This document shows positions 27,380 to 39,700 of a stretch of DNA of 64,000 nt, piece after piece. Each line of letters starts with the position of its first letter. Position 1 is the stretch's first letter. The DNA is from Eledone cirrhosa. Taxonomy: Eukaryota. The position numbers were made by a program, and so were the translations under genes. The stretch is taken from positions 236,902,001 to 236,966,000 of the forward strand of contig OZ024743.1 of NCBI GenBank assembly GCA_964016885.1. The letters run 5' to 3'. Under the pieces are notes generated by a model. It had not been told where the DNA came from. It ran no database searches and was given only the letters and a program-made list of their open reading frames with translations.

Positions 27380-30300
27380 GTACTGATTAGTCTGTCTAAG
27401 TCTAAAGTCTGTCTTATTATAGACAGCTACAGTATTGACAATTCTGTCTAAGTCTAAAGTCTGTCTTGTTATAGACAGCTACAGTATTGACAATTATGTC
27501 AAAGTCTAAAGTCTGTCTTGTTATAGACAGCTACAGTATTGATTAGTCTGTCTAAGTCTAAAGTCTGTCTTATTATAGACAGCTACAGTACTGATTAGTC
27601 TGTCTAAGTCTAACGTCTGTCTTGTTATAGACAACTACAGTATTGATTAGTCTGTCTAAGTAAAAAATCTGTCTTATTATAGACAGCTACAGTATTGACA
27701 ATTCTGTCTAAGTCTAAGGTCTGTCTTGTTATAAACAGCTACAGTATTGATTAGTCTGTCTAAGTCTAAAGTCTGTCTTATTATAGACAGCTACAGTACT
27801 GATTAGTCTGTCTAAGTCTAAAGTCTGTCTTGTTATAGACAACTACAGTATTGATTAGTCTGTCTAAGTCTAAAGTCTGGCTTATTATAGACAGCTACAG
27901 TATTGTCAATTCTCTCTAAGTCGAAAGTCTATATTATTATAGACAGCTACAGTACTGATTAGTCTGTCTAAGTCTAAAGTCTGTCTTGTTATAGAGAGTT
28001 ACAGTATTGATTAGTCTGTCTAAGTCTAAAGACTGTCTTGTTATAGACAGCTACAGTATTGATTAGTCTGTCTAAGTCTAAAGTCTGTCATATTATAGAC
28101 AGCTACAGTATTGATAATTCTCTCTAAGTCTAAAGTCTGTCTTATTATAGACAGCTACAGTATTGACAATTCTGTCTAAGTCTAAAGTCTGTCTTGTTAT
28201 AGACAGCTACAGTATTGACAATTATGTCAAAGTCTAAAGTCTGTCTTGTTATAGACAGCTACAGTATTGATTAGTCTGTCTAAGTCTAAAGTCTGTCTTA
28301 TTATAGACAGCTACAGTACTGATTAGTCTGTCTAAGTCTAACGTCTGTCTTGTTATAGACAACTACAGTATTGATTAGTCTGTCTAAGTAAAAAATCTGT
28401 CTTATTATAGACAGCTACAGTATTGACAATTCTCTCTAAGTCGAAAGTCTATATTATTATAGACAGCTACAGTACTGATTAGTCTGTCTAAGTCTAAAGT
28501 CTGTCTTGTTATAGAGAGTTACAGTATTGATTAGTCTGTCTAAGTCTAAAGACTGTCTTGTTATAGACAGCTACAGTATTGATTAGTCTGTCTAAGTCTA
28601 AAGTCTGTCATATTATAGACAGCTACAGTATTGATAATTCTCTCTAAGTCTAAAGTCTGTCTTATTATAGACAGCTACAGTACTGATTAGTCTGTCTAAG
28701 TCTAATGTCTGTCTTGTTATAGACAGCTACAGTAAAGATTAGTGTGTCTAAGTCTAAAGTCTGTCTTATTATAGACAGCTACAGTACTGATTAGTCTGTC
28801 AAAGTCTAAAGTCTGTCTTATTATTGACAGCTACAGTATTGATTAGTCTGTCTAAGTCTAAAGTCTGTCTTGTTATAGACAGTTACAGTATTAATTAGTC
28901 TGTCTAAGTTTAAAGTCTGTCTTCTTATAGACAGCTACAATATTGATTAGTCTGTCTAAGTCTAAAGTCTGTCTTGTTATAGACAGCTACATTATTGATT
29001 AGTCTGTGTAAGTCTAAAGTCTGTCTTATTATGGAGAGTTACAGTACTGATTAGTCTGTCTAAGTCTAAAGTTTGTCTTATTATAGACAGCTACAGTATT
29101 GACAATTCTGTCTCAGTCTAAAGTCTGTCTTGTTTTAGACAGCTACAGTATTGATTAGTCTGTCTAACTCTAAAGTCTGTCTTGTTATAGACAGCTACAG
29201 TATTGATTAGTCTGTCTAAGTCTAAAGTCTGTCTTATTATAGACAGCTACAGTACTGATTAGTCTGTCTAAGTCTAACGTCTGTCTTGTTATAGACAACT
29301 ACAGTATTGATTAGTCTGTCTAAGTAAAAAATCTGTCTTATTATAGACAGCTACAGTATTGACAATTCTGTCTAAGTCTAAGGTCTGTCTTGTTATAAAC
29401 AGCTACAGTATTGATTAGTCTGTCTAAGTCTAAAGTCTGTCTTATTATAGACAGCTACAGTACTGATTAGTCTGTCTAAGTCTAAAGTCTGTCTTGTTAT
29501 AGACAACTACAGTATTGATTAGTCTGTTTAAGTCTAAAGTCTGGCTTATTATAGACAGCTACAGTATTGTCAATTCTCTCTAAGTCGAAAGTCTATATTA
29601 TTATAGACAGCTACAGTACTGATTAGTCTGTCTAAGTCTAAAGTCTGTCTTGTTATAGAGAGTTACAGTATTGATTAGTCTGTCTAAGTCTAAAGACTGT
29701 CTTGTTATAGACAGCTACAGTATTGATTAGTCTGTCTAAGTCTAAAGTCTGTCATATTATAGACAGCTACAGTATTGATAATTCTCTCTAAGTCTAAAGT
29801 CTGTCTTATTATAGACAGCTACAGTACTGATTAGTCTGTCTAAGTCTAATGTCTGTCTTGTTATAGACAGCTACAGTAAAGATTAGTGTGTCTAAGTCTA
29901 AAGTCTGTCTTATTATAGACAGCTACAGTACTGATTAGTCTGTCAAAGTCTAAAGTCTGTCTTATTATTGACAGCTACAGTATTGATTAGTCTGTCTAAG
30001 TCTAAAGTCTGTCTTGTTATAGACAGTTACAGTATTAATTAGTCTGTCTAAGTTTAAAGTCTGTCTTCTTATAGACAGCTACAATATTGATTAGTCTGTC
30101 TAAGTCTAAAGTCTGTCTTGTTATAGACAGCTACATTATTGATTAGTCTGTGTAAGTCTAAAGTCTGTCTTATTATGGAGAGTTACAGTACTGATTAGTC
30201 TGTCTAAGTCTAAAGTTTGTCTTATTATAGACAGCTACAGTATTGACAATTCTGTCTCAGTCTAAAGTCTGTCTTGTTTTAGACAGCTACAGTATTGATT

Positions 30301-30390
30301 AGTCTGTCTAACTCTAAAGTCTGTCTTGTTATAGACAGCTACAGTATTGATTAGTCTGTCTAAGTCTAAAGTCTGTCTTATTATAGACAG
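27380..30390. repeat. Cluster of short local duplications (14-, 18- and 22-monomer offsets)
   Basis: TAAAAAATCT at 27661, 28389 and 29325 (offsets 728 and 936). AGTAAAGATT at 28731/29875 and ATGGAGAGTT at 29031/30175 (offset 1144 = 22x52). Confidence 0.85.
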
Positions 30391-33300
30391 CTACAGTATT
30401 GACAATTCTATCTAAGTCTAAAGTCTGTCTTTTTATAGACAGCTACAGTACTAATTAGTCTGTCTAAGTCTAAAGTATGTCTTGTTATAGACAGCTACAG
30501 TATTGATTAGTCTGTCTAAGTCTAAAGTCTGTCTTCTTATAGACAGCTACAATATTGATTAGTCTGTCTAAGTCTAAAGTCTGTCTTGTTATAGACAGCT
30601 ACATTATTGATTAGTCTGTCTAAGTCTAAAGTCTGTCTTGTTATAGACGGCTACAGTATTGATTAGTCTGTCTAAGTCTAAAGTCTGTCTTATTATGGAC
30701 AGTTACAGTACTGATTAGTCTGTCTAAGTCTAACGTCTGTCTTATTATAGACAGCTACAGTATTGCCAATTCTGTCTAAGTCTAAAGTCTGTCCTGTTAT
30801 AGACAGCTACAGTATTGATTAGTCTGTCTAAGTCTAAAATCTGTCTTATTATAGACAGCTACAGTATTGACAATTCTGTCTAAGTCTAAAGTCTGTCTTG
30901 TTATAGACAGCTACAGTATTGATTAGTCTGTCTAAGTCTAAAGGCTGTCTTATCATATACAGCTACAGTATTGACAATTCTGTCTCAGTCTAAAGTCTGT
31001 CTTGTTTTAGACAGCTACAGTATTGATTAGTCTGTCTAAGTCTAAAGTCTGTCTTGTTATAGACAGCTACAGTATTGATTAGTCTGTCTAAGTCTAAAGT
31101 CTGTCTTGTCATATACAGCTACAGTATTGACAATTCTGTCTCAGTCTAAAGTCTGTCTTGTTTTAGACAGCTACAGAATTGATTAGTCTGGCTAAGTCTA
31201 AAGTCTCTCTTATTATAGACAGCTACAGTACTGATTAGTCTGTCTAAGTCTAAAGTCTGTCTTATTATAGACAGCTACAGTATTGACAATTCTGTCTAAG
31301 TCTAAAGTCTGTCTTGTTATAGACAGCTACAGTATTGATTACTCTGTCTAAGTCTAAAGTCTGTCTTATCATAGGCAGCTACAGTATTGACAATTCTGTC
31401 TCAGTCTAAAGTATGTCTTGTTTTAGACAGCTACAGTATTGATTAGTCTGTCTAACTCTAAAGTCTGTCTTGTTATAGACAGCTACAGTATTGATTAGTC
31501 TGTCTAAGTCTAAAGTCTGTCTTATTATAGACAGCTACAGTATTGATTAGTCTGTCTAAGTCTAAAATCTGTCTTGTTATAAACAGCTACAGTATTGATT
31601 AGTCTGTCTAAGTCTAAAGTCTGTCTTATTATAGACAGCTACAGTATTGACAATTATGTCTAAGTCTAAAGTATGTCTTGTTATAGACAGCTACAGTATT
31701 GATTAGTCTGTCTAAGTCTAAAGTCTGTCTTATTATAGACAGCTACAGTACTGATTAGTCTGTCTAAGTCTAAAGTCTGGTCTTGTTATAGACAACTACA
31801 GTATTGATTAGTCTGTCTAAGTCTAAAATCTGTCTTATTATAGACAGCTACAGTATTGACAATTCTGTCTAAGTCTAAAGTCTGTCTTATTATAGACAGC
31901 TACAGTATTGTCAATTCTATCTAAGTCGAAAGTCTGTATTATTATAGACAGCTACAGTACTGATTAGTCTGTCTAAGTCTAAAGTCTGTCTTGTTATAGA
32001 GAGTTACAGTATTGATTAGTCTGTCTAAGTCTAAAGACTGTCTTGTTATAGACAGCTACAGTATTGATTAGTCTGTCTAAGTCTAAAGTCTGTCATATTA
32101 TAGACAGCTACAGTATTGACAATTCTGTCTACGTCTAAAGTCTGTCTTGTTATAGACAGCTACAGTACCGATTAGTCTGTCTAAGTCTAATGTCTGTCTT
32201 GTTATAGACAGCTACAGTATTGATTAGTCTGTCTAAGTTTAAAGTCTTTCTTAGTATAGACAGCTACAGTACTGATTAGTCTGTCTAAGTCTAAAGTCTG
32301 TCTTATTATAGACAGCTACAGTATTGATAATTCTCTATGAGTCTAAAGTATGTCTTATTATAGACAGCTACAGTATTGATTAGTCTATTTAAGTCTAAAG
32401 TCTGTCTTGTTATAGACAGCTACAGTATTGATTAGTCTGTCTAAGTCTAAAGTCTGTCTTATTATAGACAGCTACAGTAGTGATTAGTCTGTCTAAGTCT
32501 AAAGTCTGACTTGTTATAGACAGCTACAGTATTGATTACTCTGTCTAAGTCTAAAGTCTGTCTTATCATAGGCAGCTACAGTATTGACAATTCTGTCTCA
32601 GTCTAAAGTATGTCTTGTTTTAGACAGCTACAATATTGACAATTCTGTCTAAGTCTGAAGTCTGTCTTGTTATAAACAGCTACAGTATTGATTAGTCTGT
32701 CTAAGTCTAAACTCTGTCTTATTATAGACAGATACAGTATTGACAATTATGGCTAAGTCTAATGTCTGTCTTGTTATAGACAGCCACAGTATTGATTAGT
32801 TTGTCTAAGTCTAAAGTCTGTCTTACTATAGACAGCTACAGTACTGATTAGTCTGTCTAAGTCTAAAGTCTGTCTTGTTATAGACAACTAAAGTATTGAT
32901 TAGTCTGACTAAGTCTAAAATCTGTCTTATTATAGACAGCTACAGTATTGATTAGTTTGTCTAAGTCTAATGTCTGTCTTGTTATAGACAGCTACAGTAT
33001 TGATTAGTCTGTCTAAGTTTAAAGTCTTTCTTATTGTAGACAGCTACAGTACTGATTAGTCTGTCTAAGTTTAAAGTCTGTCTTATTATAGACAGCAACA
33101 GTATTGATTAGTCTGTTTAGGTCTAAAGTCTGTCTTATTATAGACAGCTACAGTACTGATTAGTCTGTCTAAGTTTAAAGTCTGTCTTGTTATAGACAGC
33201 TACAGTATTGATTAGTCTGTCTAAGTCTCAAGTCTGTCTTATTATAGACAGCTACAGTATTGACAATTCTGTCTCAGTCTACAGTCTGTCTTGTTTTAGA

Positions 33301-36300
33301 CAGCTACAGTATTGATTCGTCTGTCTAAGTCTAAAGTCTGTCTTATTATAGACAGCTACAGTATTGACAATTATGTCTAAGTCTAAAGTCTGTCTTGTTA
33401 TAGACAGCTACAATATTGATTAGTCTGTCTAAGTCTAAAGTCTGTCTTATTATAGACAGCTACAGTACTGATTAGTCTATCTAAGTCTAAAGTCTGTCTT
33501 GTTATAGACAACTACAGTATTGATTAGTCTGTCTAAGTCTAAAATCTGTCTTATTATAGACAGCTACAGTATTGACAATTCTGTCTAAGTCTAAAGTCTG
33601 TCTTATTATAGACAGCTACAGTATTGTCAATTCTCTCTAAGTCGAAAGTCTGTATTATTATAGACAGCTACAGTACTGATTAGTCTGTCTAAGTCTAAAG
33701 TCTGTCTTGTTATAGAGAGTTACAGTATTGATTAGTCTGTCTAAGTCTAAAGACTGTCTTGTTATAGACAGCTACAGTATTGATTAGTCTGTCTAAGTCT
33801 AATGTCTGTCATATTATAGACAGCTACAGTATTGACAATTCTGTCTACGTCTAAAGTCTGTCTTGTTATAGACAGCTACAGTACCGATTAGTCTGTCTAA
33901 GTCTAATGTCTGTCTTGTTATAGACAGCTACAGTATTGATTAGTCTGTCTAAGTTTAAAGTCTTTCTTAGTATAGACAGCTACAGTACTGATTAGTCTGT
34001 CTAAGTCTAAAGTCTCTCTTATTATAGACAGCTACAGTATTGATAATTCTCTATGAGTCTAAAGTCTGTCTTATTATAGACAGCTACAGTATTGATTAGT
34101 CTATTTAAGTTTAAAGTCTGTCTTGTTATAGACAGCTACAGTATTGATTAGTCTGTCTAAGTCTAAAGTCTGTCTTATTATAGACAGCTACAGTATTGAT
34201 TAGTCTGTCTAAGTCTAAAGTCTGTCTTGTTATAGACAGCTACAGTATTGATTACTCTGTCTAAGTCTAAAGTCTGTCTTATCATAGGCAGCTACAGTAT
34301 TGACAATTCTGTCTCAGTCTAAAGTATGTCTTGTTTTAGACAGCTACAGTATTGATTAGTCTGTCTAACTCTAAAGTCTGTCTTGTTATAGACAGCTACA
34401 GTATTGATTAGTCTGTCTAAGTCTAAAGTTTGTCTTATTATAGACAGCTACAGTACTGATTTGTCTGTCTAAGTCTAAAGTCTGTCTTATTATAGACAGC
34501 TACAATATTGACAATTCTGTCTAAGTCTGAAGTCTGTCTTGTTATAAACAGCTACAGTATTGATTAGTCTGTCTAAATCTAAACTCTGTCTTATTATAGA
34601 CAGCTACAGTATTGACAATTATGTCTAAGTCTAAAGTCTGTCTTGTTATAGACAGCCACAGTATTGATTAGTTTGTCTAAGTCTAAAGTCTGTCTTACTA
34701 TAGACAGCTACAGTACTGATTAGTCTGTCTAAGTCTAAAGTCTGTCTTGTTATAGACAACTAAAGTATTGATTAGTCTGTCTAAGTCTAAAATCTGTCTT
34801 ATTATAGACAGCTACAGTATTGACAATTCTGTCTAAGTCTAAAGTCTGTCTTTTTATTGACAGCTACAGTACTGATTAGTCTGTCTAAGTCTAAAGTCTG
34901 TCTTGTTATAGACAGCTACAGTACCGATTAGTCTGTCTAAGTCTAATGTCTGTCTTGTTATAGACAGCTACAGTATTGATTAGTCTGTCTAAGTTTAAAG
35001 TCTTTCTAATTGTAGACAGCTACAGTACTGATTAGTCTGTCTAAGTTTAAAGTCTGTCTTATTATAGACAGCTACAGTATTGATTAGTCTGTTTAGGTCT
35101 AAAGTCTGTCTTATTATAGACAGCTACAGTACTGATTAGTCTGTCTAAGTTTAAAGTCTGTCTTGTTATAGACAGCTACAGTATTGATTAGTCTGTCTAA
35201 GTCTCAAGTCTGTCTTATTATAGACAGCTACAGTATTGATTAGTCTGTCTAACTCTGAAGTCAGTCTTATTATAGACAGCTACAGTACTGATTAGTCCGT
35301 CTAAGTCTAAAGTCTGTCTTATTATAGACAGCTACAGTATTGACAATTCTGTCTAAGTCTAACGTCTGTCTTGTTATAAACAGCTACAGTATTGATTAGT
35401 CTATCTAAGTCTAAAGTCTGTCTTATTATAGACAGCTACAGTATTGACAATTATGTCTAAGTCTAAAGTCTGTCTTGCTATAGACAGCTCCAGTATTGAT
35501 TAGTCTGTCTACATCTAAAGTCTGTCTTATTATAGACAGCTACAGTATTGACAATACTGTCTAAGTCTAAAGTCTGTCTTATTATAGACAGCTACAGTAC
35601 TGAATAGTCTGTCTAAGTCTAAAATCTGTCTTGTTATAGACAACTACAGTATTGATTAGTCTGTCTAAGTCTAAAGTCTGTCTTATTATAGACAGCTAAA
35701 GTATTGGCAATTCTGTCTGAGTCTAAAGTGTGTCTTTTTATAGACAGCTACAGTACTGATTAGTCTGTCTATGTCTAAACTCTCTCTTGTTATAGACAAC
35801 TACAGTATTGATTAGTCTGTCTAAGTCTAAAGTCTGTCTTATTATAGACAGCTACAGTACTGATTAGTCTGTCTAAGTCTAAAGTCTGTCTTATTATAGA
35901 CAGCTACAGTATTGACAATTCTGTCTAAGTCTAAAGTCTGTCTTGTTATAAACAGATACAGTATTGATTAGTCTGTCTAAGTCTAAAGTCTGTCTTATTA
36001 TAGACAGCTACAGTATTGACAATTATGTCTAAGTCTAAAGTCTGTCTTGTTATAGACAGCTACAGATTTGATTAGTCTGTCTAAGTCTAAAGTCTGTCTT
36101 ATAGACAGCTACAGTACTGATTAGTCTGTCTAAGTCTAAAGTCTGTCTTGTTATAGACAACTACAGTATTGATTAGTCTGTCTAAGTCTAAAATCTGTCT
36201 TATTATAGACAGCTACAGTATTGTCAATTCTCTCTAAGTCGAAAGTCTGTATTATTATAGACAGCTACAGTTCTGATTAGTCTGTCTAAGTCTAAAGTCT

Positions 36301-36779
36301 GTCTTGTTATAGAGAGTTACAGTATTGATTAGTCTGTCTAAGTCTAAAGACTGTCTTGTTATAGACAGCTACAGTATTGATTAGTCTGTCTAAGTCTAAA
36401 GTCTGTCATATTATAGACAGCTACAGTATTGATAATTCTCTCTAAGTCTAAAGTCTTTCTTATTATAGACAGCTACAGTACTGATTAGTCTGTCTTAGTC
36501 TAAAGTCTGTCTTGTTATAGACAGCAACAGTAATGATTAGTGTGTCTAAGTCTGAAGTCTGTCTTATTATAGACGGCTACAGTATGGATTAGTCTGTCTA
36601 AGTCTAAAGTCTGTCTTGTTATAGACAGTTACAGTATTGATTAGTCTGTCTAAGTCTAAAGTCTGTCTTCTTATAGACAGCTACAATATTGATTAGTCTG
36701 TCTAAGTCTAAAGTCTGTCTTGTTATAAACAGCTACAGTACTGATTAGTCTGTCTAAGTCTAAAGTCTGTCTTGTTATA

Positions 36780-39700
36780 GACAGCTACAGTAATGATTAG
36801 TGTGTCTAAGTCTAAACTCTGTCTTATTAGAGACAGCTACAGTACTGATTAGTCTGTCAAAGTCTAAAGTCTGTCTTATTATTGACAGCTACAGTATTGA
36901 TTATTCTGTCTAAGTCTAAAGTCTGTCTTGTTATAGACAGTTATAGTATTGATTAGTCTGTCTAAGTCTAAAGTCTGTCTTCTTATAGACAGCTACTGTA
37001 TTTATTAGTCTGTCTAAGTCTAACGTCTGTCTTGTTACAGACAGCTATAGTATTGATTAGTCTGTCTAACTCTAAAGTCTGTCTTGTTATAGACAGCTAC
37101 AGTATTGATTAGTCTGTCTAAGTCTAAAGTCTCTCTTATTATAGACAGCTACAGTACTGATTAGTCTGTCTAAGTCTAAAGTCTGTCTTATTATAGACAG
37201 CTACAGTATTGACAATTCTGTCTAAGTCTAAAGTATGTCTTGTTATAGACAGCTACAGTATTGACAATTATGTCTAAGTCTAAAGTCTGTCTTGTTATAG
37301 ACAGCTACAGTATTGATTAGTCTGTCTAAGTCTAAAGTCTGTCTTATGATAGACAGCTACAGTACTGATTAGTCTGTCTAAGTCTAAAATCTGTCTTATT
37401 ATAGACAGCTACAGTATTGACAATTCTGTCTAAGTCTAAAGTCTGTCTTATTATAGACAGCTACAGTATTGTCAATTCTCTCTAAGTCGAAAGTCTGTAT
37501 TATTATAGACAGCTACAGTACTGATTAGTCTGTCTAAGTCTAAAGTCTGTCTTGTTATAGAGAGTTACAGTATTGATTAGTCTGTCTAAATCTAAAGACT
37601 GTCTTGTTATAGACAGCTACAGTATTGATTAGTCTGTCTAAGTCTAAAGTCTGTCATATTATAGACAGCTACAGTATTGACAATTCTGTCTACGTCTAAA
37701 GTCTGTCTTGTTATAGACAACTACAGTACCGATTAGTCTGTCTAAGTCTAATGTCTGTCTTGTTATAGACAGCTACAGTATTGATAATTCTCTATGAGTC
37801 TAACGTCTGTCTTATTATAGACAGCTACAGTATTGATTAGTCTATTTAAGTCTAAAGTCTGTCTTGTTGTAGACAGCTACAGTATTGATTAGTCTGTCTA
37901 AGTCTAAAGTCTGTCTTATTATAGACAGCTACAGTATTGATTAGTCTGTCTAAGTCTAAAGTCTGTCTTGTTATAGACAGCTACAGTATTGATTACTCTG
38001 TCTAAGTCTAAAGTCTGTCTTATCATAGGCAGCTACAGTATTGACAATTCTGTCTCAGTCTAACGTATGTCTTGTTTTAGACAGCTACAGTATTGATTAG
38101 TCTGTCTAACTCTAAAGTCTGTCTTGTTATAGGGAGTTACAGTATTGATTAGTCTGTCTAAGTCTAAAGACTGTGTTGTTATAGACAGCTACAGTATTGA
38201 TTAGTCTGTCTAAGTCTAAAGTCTGTCATATTATAGACAGCTACAGTATTGATAATTCTCTCTAAGTCTAAAGTCTTTCTTATTATAGACAGCTACAGTA
38301 CTGATTAGTCTGTCTTAGTCTAAAGTCTGTCTTGTTATAGACAGCTACAGTAATGATTAGTGTGTCTAAGTCTAAAGTCTGTCTTATTATAGACGGCTAC
38401 AGTATTGATTAGTCTGTCTAAGTCTAAAGTCTGTCTTGTTATAGACAGTTACAGTATTGATTAGTCTGTCTAAGTCTAAAGTCTGTCTTCTTATAGACAG
38501 CTACAATATTGATTAGTCTGTCTAAATCTAAAGTCCGTCTTGTTATAAACAGCTACAGTAATGATTAGTGTGTCTAAGTCTAAACTCTGTCTTATTATAG
38601 ACAGCTACAGTACTGATTAGTCTGTCAAAGTCTAAAGTCTGTCTTATTATTGACAGCTACAGTATTGATTAGTCTGTCTAAGTCTAAAGTCTATCTTGTT
38701 ATAGACAGTTATAGTATTGATTAGTCTGTCTAAGTCTAAAGTCTGTCTTGTTATAGACAGTTACAGTACTGATTAGTCTGTCTAAGTCTAAAGTCTGTCT
38801 TGTTATAGACAGCTACTGTATTTATTCGTCTGTCTAAGTCTAAAGTCTGTCTTGTTATAGACAGTTACAGTATTGATTAGTCTGTCTAAGTCTAAAGTTT
38901 GTCTTATTATAGACAGCTACAGTATTGACAATTCTGTCTAAGTCTAACGTCTGTCTTGTTACAGACAGCTACAGTATTGATTAGTCTGTCTAACTCTAAA
39001 GTCTGTCTTGTTATAGACAGCTACAGTATTGATTAGTCTGTCTAAGTCTAAAGTCTCTCTTATTATAGACAGCTACAGTACTGATTAGTCTGTCTAAGTC
39101 TAAAGTCTGTCTTATTATAGACAGCTACAGTATTGACAATTCTGTCTAAGTCTAAAGTCTGTCTTGTTATAGACAGCTACAGTATTGACAATTATGTCTA
39201 AGTCTAAAGTCTGTCTTGTTATAGACAGCTACAGTATTGATTAGTCTGTCTAAGTCTAAAGTCTGTCTTATTATAGACAGCTACAGTACTGATTTGTCTG
39301 TCTAAGTCTAAAGTCTGTCTTGTTATAGACAACTACAGTATTGATTAGTCTGTCTAAGTCAAAAATCTGTCTTATTATAGACAGCTACAGTATTGACAAT
39401 TCTGTCTAAGTCTAAAGTATGTCTTGTTATAAACAGCTACAGTATTGATTAGTCTGTCTAAGTCTAAAGTCTGTCTTATTATAGACAGCTACAGTACAGA
39501 TTAGTCTGTCTAAGTCTAAAGTCTGTCTTGTTATAATCAACTACAGTATTGATTAGTCTGTCTAAGTCTAAAGTCTGGCTTATTATAGACAGCTACAGTA
39601 TTGTCAATTCTCTCTAAGTCGAAAGTCTGTATTATTATAGACAGCTACAGTACTGATTAGTCTGTCTAAGTCTAAATTCTGTCTTGTTATAGAGAGTTAC

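Noticed and set aside
31775-31785. Single-base G insertion (GTCTGGTCTT)
   Set aside because: It is a singleton not shared by any duplicate. It could be a consensus error and is used only for phase accounting.
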